From NCBI GenBank assembly GCA_964016885.1, contig OZ024742.1, forward strand, positions 103,044,001-103,108,000: a stretch of DNA of 64,000 bases. Reading direction: 5' to 3'. Shown here piece by piece: positions 25,028-38,955 of this stretch (the stretch's first letter is position 1; every line of letters begins with the position of its first letter). This DNA comes from Eledone cirrhosa. Taxonomy: Eukaryota. A program made the position numbers and the translations under genes. The notes below the pieces were generated by a model, which did no database searches, was not told the origin of the DNA, and worked only from the letters and a program-made list of their open reading frames with translations.

Positions 25028-25840
25028 TCGCGTGCGTGCGTGTGATTAGATGTACATGTATGTATATATATGTGTATCGTGTGTATGTATGCGTGCTTTT
25101 GTATGTATGTACGCATGTATGTGTTTTTGTCTGTACGTATATATATATATTTTAATATATATATATGTGCGTACGAACTTCTGTATGTTTTCTACTTTTT
25201 ATTTATTTTTTCTAGTGTTAGTTTATAATTGATAACCCCTCCATCTTACTTTCTCTTTGACTTAATTTTTATTCTTATATATTATTTCATTTTCATATTT
25301 TATATTTTTATATCTGTATCGACCTTCAGTCTGACTGACACTGCTTTGACTGATACACTCCCTTCCCTGTATATATCACATACATGTATGTGGTTGCGCG
25401 TGTGTGTATGTTTATACGCGTGCGTCCTTTCATCCTTGTATGTGTATATATTTCAATCCTTAGTCCCTGAGTCTGTATGTACGCTAACTCTATTATCTTA
25501 CAATTTCTTTTTTCAACATATATTATATACGTATTTGTGGTCACACATACACTGATATGCTTGCCCTCATGTATGTACTTACGCACACATTTTTTCACTA
25601 TACACATACATTTGTACATACACACATATGTACATTTGTAGGTGCCACATTTATACGCATAACCTTACTATATTTCCTTATTTTATTTTTATATATCTCT
25701 TGCATTACTTTTATTTATATATTTTTTTTTGCCCGTTAAACTTTTGCCTTTCTTGAGGAGATTTTTCAAATATTTCACTGTTTTAAATTGCCTTGTCTGA
25801 CGAACGAATGAGGACGTTTCTTGTATTGTTTATTATACAT

Positions 25841-26560
<720 letters not shown>

Positions 26561-26618
26561 TATATATATATATATACGATATATTAACAAATGGAAACTA
26601 TATTTATAAAACCATATT

Positions 26619-26683
26619 TATTTCATTATACATATTTCAAGGACACCAAGTCAAATTATGGTGCGCTTTCATCAGATAAAATA
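26619..26683 (-). ncRNA. Type I minimal hammerhead (left arm)
   Basis: Reverse complement reads TATTTTAT-CTGATGA-AAGCGCACCA..TGGTGTCCTT-GAAA-TATGTA-TA-ATGAAATA. Confidence 0.8.
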
Positions 26684-27822
26684 TAAATAAATATTGACAT
26701 ACCCTTAAAGAATGCGAACATTTCTGTTGGAAGCTCCCGGATGGTGGGGTTATTAAATTTATTTAGTCTATTATGCAAATTAGTGTCGGATATGTTTAAA
26801 TCACAGTAGATTTAAAATAGGCCGTTGGAGTATGGAAAAAGAAAAAAAGGAAAAGAGAACGAAAAAGAAAAAGAGAAAAGAAAGAGCAAACTCTAAGAGG
26901 AAAAGAAGAAAACAAAAGAAAGTGAAAGAGAAAGAAAAAGAGAAAGAGAAAAAAGAAAGAGAAAGGGAAAGAGAAAGAGAAAAAAGAAAGAGAAAGAGAA
27001 AAAAGAAAGAGAAAGAGAAAGAGAAAGAGGAAGAGAAAGCCCTAAGTGATAGGTTGTTGTATTAACGTAAATTTTAAGATGAAGCGAAAAAATAAATATT
27101 TATTGGATGAGTTAGGCAGAGTAAATAAGCGTGAATAGAAAATAAATAAATAATAATAACCGGAGAATGTGTCTATGTGTCTATGTCTTTATACAATTCG
27201 AATACACTCTGTTATAAAAGGTTTCTTACGGTTTATGCTAAACAAACTTATATTATAACAGTCACAACTATATAACAGGTGGATTTATGAGATATATGAA
27301 ATTTATAAAATTTATAAAATTATAACTTACTATTAAATAATATAAGGCTTTTATAATCTTAACTTTCTTTTATCATCTTAACATTTATAACATTTAATAT
27401 AAGTAAATAACTTAATTTCCTTCACGCTGTATTGCTATTACATAAAAACGATTTTTCTCCGATTTCTCCGAAAAATCTATGAATTTCCATAAGTTTAGAA
27501 AAATTCCTACATCTTAAACATAAACAATCTTTTATTGTATATATATATATATGTATGTGTAATCTCCCTATCGGTTGAGATTAAATTTGGCGATATATGG
27601 CTGCGCTTTCTAGCAGCATGCCTACCCGCCGTAAGCGACCAATCACACGCTTTCTCTCTGGCTGGTACACAGCTACATAGCGATCTTAGCCATTTTTGAA
27701 TCTAAATTTGGCGGGGTCGGTCTGAGAAATTAAATGTCTATTTCTGAGTTTATCTCCTGATGATAACCTGACTCAGAGCAAGCCCATATTATTTGGATTA
27801 TTTATAAAACTGATCTATATTA

Positions 27823-27887
27823 TATTTTATCTGATGAAAGCGCACCATAATTTGACTTGGTGTCCTTGAAATATGTATAATGAAATA
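27823..27887 (+). ncRNA. Type I minimal hammerhead (right arm)
   Basis: CTGATGA at 27831-27837 and GAAA at 27868-27871, with the same stems as the left arm. Confidence 0.8.
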
Positions 27888-28014
27888 AATATGGTTTTAT
27901 AAATATAGTTTCCATTTGTTAATATATCGTATTTTTACTCCAATAATTTGTTGAGTGCTTTATATCAGTTATAAAAATATTTGCTTGTTGTATCCCAACA
28001 ATTTAAATATAACT

Positions 28015-28079
<65 letters not shown>

Positions 28080-28148
28080 TATGAAGAGAGAAGAAACATT
28101 TAGATATAATTAGTAATAAAATGTATCATACCTAAACTGTTCCTAAAT

Positions 28149-28236
28149 TCCTCGACTACGTAGTTTCGTGGCATAAACAAAAACAATATATCAAAGATAT
28201 AGAGTCCTTGCGAGGTCTGCCGACTTATCAAGAGGA
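28149..28236 (-). ncRNA. Degenerate type I hammerhead
   Basis: Reverse complement reads TCCTC-TTGATAA (in place of CTGATGA)-GTCGGCA..TGCCAC-GAAA-CTACGTAG-TC-GAGGA. Confidence 0.65.
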
Positions 28237-28333
28237 TACCTCATTTTACTAGTCTCAAGAACGCGTCTACACGACGTGAGAAAGAATCCCAAAAGGCGGA
28301 GGGGGAGATAGTCACGCGATATAACGGTCGAGA

Positions 28334-28369
<36 letters not shown>

Positions 28370-28578
28370 CATATCTTATTTTGTTTGACCCGTTTAGCTT
28401 GTTCGCGCTTTTGGCTCTGGTGGTTAATGGCTTCTTAACCATCGTCTCAGTTTGTATGACCATTTTAACTTATGTTTATAGCTCTGGTATCTTCTTCATA
28501 TCCATGGAGCGCTTGTCTACACATAACGGAAGTTGCGTTTCGCTAAATTCTACCCGCTGAAATGCGATTCTCGCTAAA

Positions 28579-28609
<31 letters not shown>

Positions 28610-28927
28610 AGAATTAGTATATCTACCAACATATATATACAGATGCATACCTATGCTAGCAAATATATAGGTTTTGTCTTAGTAACTTTGTGGTTCAATG
28701 CAAGGGGATGCAGAACAATTATATGAAAGACGTAAAATAAGAAAATTATAAAAAATTAACTTACTTACTAAAATTTCACTACAACTAATTAGTTTCTGAA
28801 AGGGAATAAACATGGTTTCCGAAGGAACGCATGGAGAAAGCCTTTCGTCATCAGGGAAGTCTATTCTCAGCTAAGTTCCCAGGCAATGCGTGGACACAGG
28901 GAACTTATACAAATATAATATATATAT

Positions 28928-29019
<92 letters not shown>

Positions 29020-29733
29020 TCAGCGAGAATCGTATTTCGGCTGGTAGAAAAAGCGAAATGAAATGCAAAATCGTAGAAATAATGACAAGCGCTCCAATCG
29101 TTAAGAAAACTAGAGCTAAACAATATGTTAAAACGCCATACAAACTGAAAAGTGGTCAATAAGGCATTAACCACCTAAGACAAAAAAAACAAATCAAGCT
29201 AAACAGGACAAACAAAATAAATGATAAAAACCGACCTGGACCCAAGTGGAATTGATGGCAAAATCCAAATGCAGGGTTTCTATGACACCTAAATCAATAA
29301 TATTGTCTGCTTAAAACTATAAACTTTCAGCATAAAGATCGAACAAGGAATATCACGTTATCAACAGGTATTTTGCTCTGTAACCAACTTTGTGAGTGAC
29401 GCAGAACTTTGTAAAAGCACATGTGTAACTCACAAGGGGAAATTCCCCAGAGTTTGGCAAAGGAATTCAGTATGTGTATATCATACAAAAAATTGCATAG
29501 ATAGCACAAATCGAATAAGCACTCAACCGAGTAGTTTTTAAAATAAACTTATGCAATTACTCTGTCAATAGAATTATTAACAGGTTAATTGTAAGATTCG
29601 GGAGATTAATACAAATATAAATTCAGCGAGAATCGTATTTCGGCTGGTAGAAAAAGCGAAACGAAACTTAAAATCGTAGAAATGCTGGCAAGCGCTCCAA
29701 TAGTTAAGAAAACTAGAGCTAAACAATATGTTA
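28370..29733. repeat. Three copies of a (TA)n-associated repeat (28370-28580 -, 29015-29220 +, 29615-29733 +)
   Basis: TAAATTCAGCGAGAATCGTATTTCGGCTGGTAG; the inverted copy is more diverged. Confidence 0.75.
28778..28860 (-). ncRNA. Type I hammerhead with weak stem I
   Basis: Reverse complement reads ACTTCC-CTGATGA-CGAAAGG..CCTTTCA-GAAA-CTAATTAG-TT-GTAGT. Confidence 0.65.
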
Positions 29734-30023
29734 AATATATATATCCATACATACACATACACATAAATACACACACACACACACACACACATGCACACAC
29801 ATATATATAAGAAAAGTCAACAAATGAGCTGCAGTAAGTGGATGACGTTGTTAGTGTATCTCTTTAGTCTGCAAATAATCATTGTCTCAACATTCAGCAC
29901 GTCTGTAAACATATACACTTTATCTATTTGATATCACACAGCAACATAAACTCATAAATCTCCCTTCCCCATATATGTATATTTAATGTTGATTTAAGTT
30001 ATTAATATTGATATTATTGGGCA

Positions 30024-30145
30024 CCCACTGAAGATTTATAAGATCCCACTTGCATGAGAATCCATTGATCTTAGGCAAGCTTCTACATAACTTGGTAAAA
30101 TTTCACCAACCATGTAGAAATCTTATAATGAAACGATCGTATGGG
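30024..30145 (+). ncRNA. Type I hammerhead with long stem II
   Basis: CCCA-CTGAAGA-TTTATAAGAT..ATCTTATAAT-GAAA-CGATCG-TA-TGGG. Confidence 0.85.
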
Positions 30146-30313
30146 GAATGAGATTTTAATATATCTCATAAAATAATACAGCCGATTATCCACACAATAC
30201 AATATAGTTAGCACCCCAAACGTTTAATTGGGAATATAATCCGGTATTTCCTAATGTTTGTTGAGTGAGATGGAAATTGGTCGGGGTATCGCTAATAGCT
30301 TTCTCCGTTTATG

Positions 30314-30351
<38 letters not shown>

Positions 30352-30492
30352 AAATTTAGCTTCAGCATAGCTGTATACATACATTTATGTGAATTTCGTA
30401 TATCTAAAGATATACGCATAAAAAAAATAAAATTGAAAGCCTAGACAGCCAGCGCCTCTAGTGGATTCCAGTAGAAGCAGCGAATGACAACA

Positions 30493-30530
30493 GTCTATGC
30501 GCATTTCGAGCTTCTGGCTCTCATCAGGAC
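30493..30530 (-). ncRNA. Type I minimal hammerhead
   Basis: Reverse complement reads GTC-CTGATGA-GAGC-cagaa-GCTC-GAAA-TGCGCA-TA-GAC. Confidence 0.9.
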
Positions 30531-30868
30531 AGTGTTTCCCTGTGCTCTGTTGGAAAACAGGCGAAAACATATTGTTTTTCCGCCTGTGTAGGTGGGCTGA
30601 TTAGCCTCATTTGCATATGAAGCTATATATGTTGGCTCAACTTAAAAGTAGAATTAAAATCTAGCTTCGCCATAGCTGTATACATACATGTATGTTAATT
30701 TCATATATCTAAAAATATAAAGTATATATTTAGATATACGAAATTCACACACACATACACCCATACACACATATATATCTCTGTGTGTGTGTGTGTGTGT
30801 GTGTAAGTATGTAATATATATATGACCTGCTATGCTCGATAGAAAAGCTGGTAGTCGAGTATACCTGT

Positions 30869-30923
<55 letters not shown>

Positions 30924-31484
30924 TAAATTGACAGGTTGTTGCAAAATTTATGCACGATACTAAGAGCCTATGTCACCCCCCACCCCTACACACGCATATA
31001 TATAACTGGTTCTCAGACTTTTAATGAGTTTAATTGAAGAAACAATATCAATAATTGGAGAACTATAAATATACTGACAAATTATTCAAGTGTACTGTAC
31101 TTTACTGTTAGTTATTGCATTTCACCTTCTCCAAAATACCGCAAAGCATTCTACACCATCCACATAAGTGATACTAGGATAATTTAAAATGTGAATGATT
31201 TGGGGTAGGTGGCATTACACTAGCCAGACTAGCAGATTAACATATTAGAAAGAAACAGTAAAAGTCAACAAGGAACTACATTTCAAAATAACCAACTGGT
31301 TGTAAAAGACGGCAAAGTTATAAGGTGTCACGTGGAGCTAACTAATCAACCTACCTTGAAATTACAGACTGCGGAGGTCAAGATAAACTTATGGAAACAG
31401 AGGCTTCAAAAAAGAATTATTACATTAAATATCTTTATACTAAAATATAGATTTGCATAATTTTTTTTTTGTGGCTATATGTGT

Positions 31485-31815
31485 ATGGTCCCGTAACTCC
31501 TGATAGAGTCCTAGAAGCGCCATGTTGACATTCGGCGTTTCTTGGGCATTTTAAGCCTGATGGAGCCCACCCCTCTCCAGGCCTGAGTACAGCAGATTTC
31601 TTCTAGAGAAAGATAGAAAGTGAGAGAGAGGAAATGAGAATTATAGAGGAAGAATCCACTCCAGTATTAGACTGGTACTTTATTTTATCGACCTCGAAAG
31701 GGTGAAAGGCAAAGTTGACCGCAGCAGGATTTGAACCCAGAGAGTAGAGAGCCGGAATGAATACCATAAAGCATTCTTATCCAACGTTCTTATCCAACGT
31801 TCAATTCACCGCCTT
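31485..31815 (-). mobile_element. SINE family A with alternative tail
   Basis: Core at 31650-31815 joined to a tail at 31485-31605. Confidence 0.8.
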
Positions 31816-32234
31816 AAATGGGCATATATGATTACTGAAAAAAAGAGGACACTTTAAAGCGACGCAATCTTCAAGCAGCCGTGATAATCATTGTGACATG
31901 TTTGCATAAACTAATGTATTTATATATAGTCACTCTAACGCTTCCTTCTTTTTCTTAAATATATTATAGCTTTACATTATTAAGGTAATTGTATACTAAT
32001 ATGAAAGAAACTATTATTCACATGCATACTCCATTGTTGAACGACTTACAAGTTCAAGTGTTGAAATTTTATCAAAGGTGCTGAAAAAAAGCATCATATT
32101 AGATGTAAAACTGCAAGTTTTGAGGCGTTGGCAAACGTCAAGCGTATATGGGTAAAGTTTTAAGGGTGGCTAACCTCTACCGAAAAAGTATCGAGCATTG
32201 TTATTCTGGTGCCTCACACGATTCCCTAAATCCT

Positions 32235-32444
<210 letters not shown>

Positions 32445-32580
32445 TGTCATTCCATGAGAGCATCTTGGTCAGCTTATGAACTTTTCAGCCGACCCTCGTA
32501 CACACACACACACACACACACACATGTATATATATATATATATATATGGTTCCGGTTTCAACTTTGAAAAATATGGTAAG

Positions 32581-32649
<69 letters not shown>

Positions 32650-32859
32650 CCATGGGTATTAAAACCAGGACAAAGGGAATTGAAACCGGAACCGTTGTAG
32701 CTGAAACGGAGAGCAATGGGAATATCACTCAAGGTCTGAAGAGTCGTAACGCTTGGGTTGGGTATTCTCTCTCTACCAATTGGAATGTCTGGGGAAATGT
32801 TTACTGCAAATATTTTCACATAATTTCATGTTCTCTTCTTATATGAAGGCTGTTCTCTA

Positions 32860-33035
32860 TGGCGGGGAATTGGCAGAATTAGTAGAGCGTCGGACAAACT
32901 GCTTTGCGGCATTTAGTTATGGCTCTTTATGTTGTGAGTTCCCGCCGAGGTTAGCTTTCCTTTCATCCTTACGGGGTCAATAAAATAAAGCACTTTGTCA
33001 TTCTCTTTAAATTGCTGGCCTTGTGTTTAAATCAA
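32860..33035 (+). mobile_element. SINE family A
   Basis: Box A TGGCAGAATTAG, core and tail. Confidence 0.8.
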
Positions 33036-33344
33036 AAATGAGAAAACATATGAACGCAGTTTCTAGTAGGTGTTGAAGTGTGAGCTCTTTAGACGTATGA
33101 CTTGTCTTTATCACGTAAAAGGTTGAGAGTCAGGCCGAGAAGCCTAGAGAAACAGGGAACAGAAACAGATGTACAAAGCAACTATTCTTTCCTTGATATC
33201 ACATGTATGTAAAATATTGTCAAGTAGAACAGTAGCATTTTAAAATAAGTCAAACTAAACACCGTTTTTATTGTCAAGTAATATCTGATCTAATCTTCAC
33301 ATTTTTTCACTCGAAACTACTTTTTCAAAATTCACTGTCATTTT

Positions 33345-34790
33345 TAAGTTTGTCAAAAATCCTGGTGGAATGTTTATTTTTTAGTCACCAGAAGACCCCT
33401 GACTGTAGCTTCTACTATATTATCCCTTTTCATCTGACCACACATTATTTATTACAGAAAACACTTGTTGAATTTTTTGCAGAAGTTAAAGGAAGACAAG
33501 GAGTGTATTCTACTACAGGTGGATTGGCAGTATCGGTAGAGGGTCGACCGCCATGCTTTGACGCATAGAGTTACGGCCCTTGCCATTCTGAGTTCAAATC
33601 CCGCCGAGGTTAACTTTGCCTTTCATCCTTACGGGGTCGATAAAATAAAATAAAGTACCAGTAATGCACTGGGTAATTGCTGGCCTTGTGCCAAAAAGTA
33701 GAAAGGTTTTGTTCTGCCCAAACTTCTCTCTTAGAAGTCCAAAAGCTCTTTGCAATAAAAACCTCATCATATAATTGATCAACATTTACTACTTTCTTTC
33801 CAATGCTTTGGTCGATCTTATTTGCTGACTGCTCAACACTGGGCCAAAATATGTCTTCAGAATTTAAACATACAAAGTCTTACGCCTGTATAAGTTTTCT
33901 TCCCATAGGTTTAGGTGTGAGAGACATCTTTCATAAAAAACAGTTTCAATGTTTTCGCCATTTTATTCACGTTTTCTCAGTAACCTTTGTTTCTTGAGGT
34001 GCCAACTCATGTTTTCTTTGTTCTATATTTGTAATCAGATTTTGCATTTCTATCTGCTGCGTTGGAATTGTCTTTCTCATTTGCCAGAAGCTATTTGAAA
34101 AGGCTAAGGTATCCATGTAAAACCATAAATACATTTCTCCAAAATCATTTTTCAAAGAAATTGTTTTATCAGATCCGAGCAGTGTTTTGGGGAATTAAAG
34201 TAAAATTTCTACCCATCAAAAATGTTACGAATTCTTTCACCCACTGGTAGCGTTGTTCAGCCATGTTATATGAACTGTATAAATGTAAATATATTTTAAA
34301 CTTTTCGCAATAAGTGCTTCGATATTAAGGTGTAACAGATCAACAGCTGTTTGGAGACAACTGTACACAATACGCAACATAGTCAACAAGTCTGGTTTTT
34401 AATCGGTTAAATATGTTTTTCTTGTACTTTCGTTTTACATCACCACACAACTTTTCCATGATTATCAATAACTGAGACTAAGACATTGGTCAATCTCACC
34501 AGAAACAGTGTGAATATCCAAAGATTTGACTTGTTCCCCGACCAGGAATGTAATATCGAATAATGAAAAGTGCCATTTTAACATCTCTTCGATTCGAAGC
34601 CTCCATAGAAACTGCTAAAAGTTTTCCCCTGTTAGATCTTTAGTAAGCTCAGATTTAGCCATTGGTGCAATGACATTTAAGATTAGAGAAACAGTATGAA
34701 AAGCAATAATGGCTTTTTAGCAAGAACGAGAAGCTCCAATTCAATTATTTTTTACTTTTAAAACGTATTTAATCTTAATGAACTAACAAC
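33345..34790 (-). pseudogene. hAT transposase pseudogene interrupted by a SINE
   Basis: Frameshifted motifs in the expected order: NVIAPMA, AVSMEASNRRDVKM..IRYY, IVYSCLQTAVDLL..IEALIAK..IYTV, LPVGERIRNIFDG, and the dimerisation-like CLPLTSA..VINNVWSDEK. Confidence 0.85.
33517..33703 (+). mobile_element. Young SINE family A inserted in the hAT transposase
   Basis: Near-consensus full-length copy. Confidence 0.9.
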
Positions 34791-35356
34791 GAAACTCGCT
34801 TTGTGAATTTGAGATTTCAAATAGTCTTGAATACCCATCTCCCGGTCAATGCGTCATAGAAAGCTCTGGAAAACTATGATCACGTTTTACTCTGTCAACA
34901 CAAAACGTTTTTTTTCTTTTTCAGAAAAGTGAGGTAATCCTTCTTGAATTCTTTCGGCTGATTTTTGGCATTGCTATTAATAAATAAATGTATGAAATAT
35001 TAAAGTAAAGTGAGATATGAAATATGCATAACAATTGGTATATTGTGGGATGCGTCAACACCAGGACAAATTTGCAGTCGACAACAAAGCAATAAAAACA
35101 CATATAAAATGTGCAGACCGAACTGTCTAATCATGAAGCAAGGAGATGCCAGAATAATGTTAATAAACTATGATTGTCTCAGTCAACTCCGAGATGTATG
35201 GTAACCATATATATGCTAACATACACTAGGTAAGCACTCTAGACAGGTTTTGTTCCTTACAAGTTCATTCCATAATTCATTGAGTGAGTAATGTATGCAA
35301 GAGAAATTATAGTTGATATTTTAACCTCGTCAATATATATATATATATATAGTATA

Positions 35357-35780
35357 ATTAACATTTGGTACCTTAGGTTCAGTTATGGCTACCACTGTAT
35401 ATAGTGAAGGAGCCGTGTTTCATTGTCTCCCTTCCCATCCTCCGGGGTATCGCCTTCTCCATTCTGTCCGCCGGGGCTGTGGGAAGGCCAGCACGTGGTA
35501 CCCCATTTGCTCACCATAAGGAGAGATGGAGGGTGGTGCAAGAGAGATGGAGGCGGTGACAGGGGGAGTTCGGCTCTTCCACGTTCGGACCATATCCTTG
35601 TGGTTGTGTTAATTAAGCAGTTAATGAGTCTGTTTGTGAAGTGGCCTCTCATCAACAGTTAGACCTGGTGCAAGATGGGACGTGGTATTGAAACGGCTCC
35701 TCCACTATATAGTGGTGGCCATAACCGGGCCCCAAAAGCTAAGGTCACGCATACATGTTAGGTGTATGGAATTTTAATTA
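35357..35780. mobile_element. TIR MITE containing a CRE 3' fragment
   Basis: Inverted CCTTAG..GTTATGGC.ACCACT..ATAGTG.AGGAGCCGT arms; 35420-35590 translates IVSLPILRGIAFSILSAGAVGRPA. Confidence 0.7.
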
Positions 35781-35787
35781 TAGTATA

Positions 35788-35977
35788 GCGGTGGATTGGC
35801 AATATCGGTAGAGGGTCGGACGCCATGCTTTGACGCATAGTGTTACGGCCCTTGCCATTCTGAGTTCAAATCCCGCCGAGGTTAACTTTGCCTTTCATCC
35901 TTACGTGGTCGATAAAATAAAGTACCAGTAATGCACTGGGTAATTGCTGGCCTTGTGCCCAAAGTAGAAACAATTAT
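35788..35977 (+). mobile_element. Young SINE family A
   Basis: Near-consensus full-length copy. Confidence 0.9.
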
Positions 35978-35999
35978 AGTAAATAAGCTTTTTTGTAAT

Positions 36000-36170
36000 A
36001 CAGTGAAATTCTGTTATAACGAAATTCACGGGGTATTAAACAAATTCGTTGTAACGAAAAATCCATTATAACGAGATCGACCGAACACATCGTGCGTGTG
36101 GCCGGGGATTGAAAAACAATTCATTATACTGAAAAATGTGTTGTAATGGAATTTTATCTCTCGATTGAAC
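36000..36170. mobile_element. pogo/Tigger-like MITE remnant
   Basis: TA-CAGTGAAATTCTGTTATAACGAA with repeated TTATAACGA. Confidence 0.55.
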
Positions 36171-36235
36171 ATTGCCTTATTTGGCCTGTTATCTACGGAT
36201 ATCCTGCACATATACACACACGTATGTATATACAG

Positions 36236-36446
<211 letters not shown>

Positions 36447-36475
36447 AATGTAAACTACATTTATAAAACCATATT

Positions 36476-36539
36476 TATTTTATTATATATATTTCTAGGG
36501 TACCAAGACAGCATTGGTACGCTTTCATCAGATAAAATA
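36476..36539 (-). ncRNA. Type I minimal hammerhead
   Basis: Reverse complement reads TATTTTAT-CTGATGA-AAGCGTACCAA..TTGGTACCCTA-GAAA-TATATA-TA-ATAAAATA; it lies between (TA)n arrays. Confidence 0.8.
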
Positions 36540-36604
36540 CAAAGTTTGTTTTATAAATAGAGACATATCCATGAAAATCATACCTTATCGGTTGGAAATT
36601 CACT

Positions 36605-36638
<34 letters not shown>

Positions 36639-37884
36639 CAAAGGCACACATACACACTCGTCCACACACACACACACAAAGACGAGAGAGAAGAGAGAGA
36701 GAGAGAGAGAGGCTATCGCTGAGGCACGTGTCATTTCAGTTACAAAAGGCTTTGTGTGTCGTGTGACTAGCTGTGCAGTAGTAGCTAGAAGGAATGCTGC
36801 TCTGCTTAGAGAAATATTCGGCCTGAATGACTCTAGTTGTTATTAGCTAGCTTTAATAAAAGTACTAAACGGTGGTCTCCAGAAATATGTACATAATTAT
36901 AAGTTACGGGTATCCTATTCACTCGTTTTAGTAGGGACCAGCGCTTAAATTCCTCTGGCTTCTTTATGTGCTTTTAACATTTTTCTTCTTTCTGTTTTTA
37001 TTTCTCTTTTAAAAAAACATTTTTTTCTTTTAAAGTTTTTTACTTTTTTAAACTTTTTACCTTTTTACTTTTTATCTCTTTATATTATCTTCTTTTATTT
37101 TTTATTTTTTTATTTTTTTAATTATTTTATTATTATTTTTTATTATGTTTTAACCATTGCCTGTATCTTTTGCTTTTGCTTTTGTGTGCCATCAATTATA
37201 TCTACATCTTGTGGAATCCGCTTGTGCCCTGGCATTTAGCTGTGGTGCTTAACAACCCCAACATGAACCCCCTCCGTGTTCGCCGTCTCCGATCTCCCTA
37301 TCTTTGCCCTCTTTTGCAATCCGATTGTTCTCGTGACTAGGCTCTGTCGAGCTTATACTCAGCACTGTGTTTATTAAGCTCTGAGGATCCTACCAAACGG
37401 TATCGATGAAACATTGTAAGCAAATAAAAACTGTTTGAGTATGTAAGCGTTCTTTGGTTTCTTCTAAATATAAGCTTGTGTATGCATTTGTTTGTGTTTG
37501 TCTTTACTTTTTTGTTCGTTATTGTCAGTCGTCTCGTATTGTCTTTATAGATCATCTCAGCTTGGCTCTCCAAGTACACGCCGACTGTTGCATCATGGAT
37601 AATTTCGGCGTAACGAATATTTTTATTATCATTATTGTTTTTTTTTTGCCTTTCATCCTTACGGGGTAGATAACATAAAGTACCAGTAATATACTGAGTA
37701 AGTGTGGCCTTGTGCCAAAAAGTAGAAACAATTATTGTTTTTGTTTTTTTTTAGTTTTTGCTTCTTTTGCAGACGACATTTAATGTATAGTCTCGACTAC
37801 GTTGTTACTGGTGAGATCCCAGTGCACTACTGGTGCTTTATTTGATCGACGAAAATATCACATGATCCACATGACAGGTGCAAT

Positions 37885-38232
37885 GTGTCCGAACATGGAA
37901 GAGCCGAACTCCCACTGTCATCGCCTCCATCTCTCTGTATAGTGAGCAAGTGGGGTCCCATGTGCTGGTCGTCCCACAGCTCCGGCGGACAGAATGAAGA
38001 AGGCGTTTCCTCGGAGGATGGTAAGGGAGATGCGCTGGAAGAGCCATTCCATCTCGCGAGGCTCACACCTGCGGCTGGCCAGCTCAGCGCCTATGGTGGT
38101 GAGTAGGGAGGTAGCCCTAGGGCTAACGACACCAGAAGTCTCCACTGCCAAGGGCACGACCGCAAACCTGTCGGAGAGCGACCGGTACTTGGGGAGTTTG
38201 GCCTCCTCAGCCCGAAGTGCAGCAGAACCTGG
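37885..38232 (-). pseudogene. CRE-clade retrotransposon 3' fragment
   Basis: AALRAEEAKLPKYRSLSDRFAVVPLAVETSG..WLFQRISLTILRGNA. Confidence 0.9.
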
Positions 38233-38955
38233 GTTAAGGTAGTGAATTGACTGGATCGGTAGATCGCCGGACAAAGTGCTTTGCGGTACTTGTTCCGAGT
38301 TCAAATCTCACCGAGGTCAGCTTTGCCTTTCACCCTTCCGAGTCCGATGATAATATTTAGTACCAGTGAAATACTGTGGTCGATATAATCAACTTCCCCG
38401 TACATGATTATGCTGCCTTTTATTTTCTATATTTGTCTACTTTACATAATGTTATTTCAAATTGAATTAGCTACTATTTCTACTTGGTTAAACCCTCACG
38501 TAGATGTCCCTACTCTCATTTAATTTAGCTAGAATTTTAAATATATCCCTGTAATTTGATTGTGTCTTAAATATAAATAACGGTTTTCGATTTTCTATAT
38601 TTTTAATATAAAAAATTTAGCAAGTATTTTTTATTTACTTTTTAAACTTACTGCTTTAATAATATAAATAATGTTTGTTATAAAATATATCATTTATTCA
38701 CAGTTGTATAAAAAGAAATATAATATTACAATGCTTACAGAACGAAAGCACAAACAAATATAATGTAAAGGAAAGGGAAAGGAAAAACAAACAAGAAAGA
38801 GGGAAAAAAAGAGAAAAGAAAAAAAACCTCATAAGCAGGGAGCACACACATCTAGGACCACATACAACAAAAGGTAGGTGAAAGAGGTGGACAACTTAGC
38901 AGCTACCAAAGCAAGAGATAAATAACAATAGCGCGAGGAGCACTGGGAAACCTCT

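Larger units (their letters stand above)
26575..28017. mobile_element. Long-spacer fold-back HHR element
   Basis: Inverted arms about 26575-26686 / 27821-27932, each containing an HHR. Confidence 0.85.

Noticed and set aside
25796-25825. CTGACGA core; also CTGAAGA at about 32736 and CTGACAA at about 58358
   Set aside because: I could not assemble a convincing GAAA, stem II and stem III, so these were not called as ribozymes.
26832-27065. Lys/Glu/Arg-rich ORF
   Set aside because: It is a purine-rich low-complexity tract inside a repeat spacer.
33517-33610. tRNA gene (box A/B)
   Set aside because: It is a SINE head present in many copies and does not form a cloverleaf.
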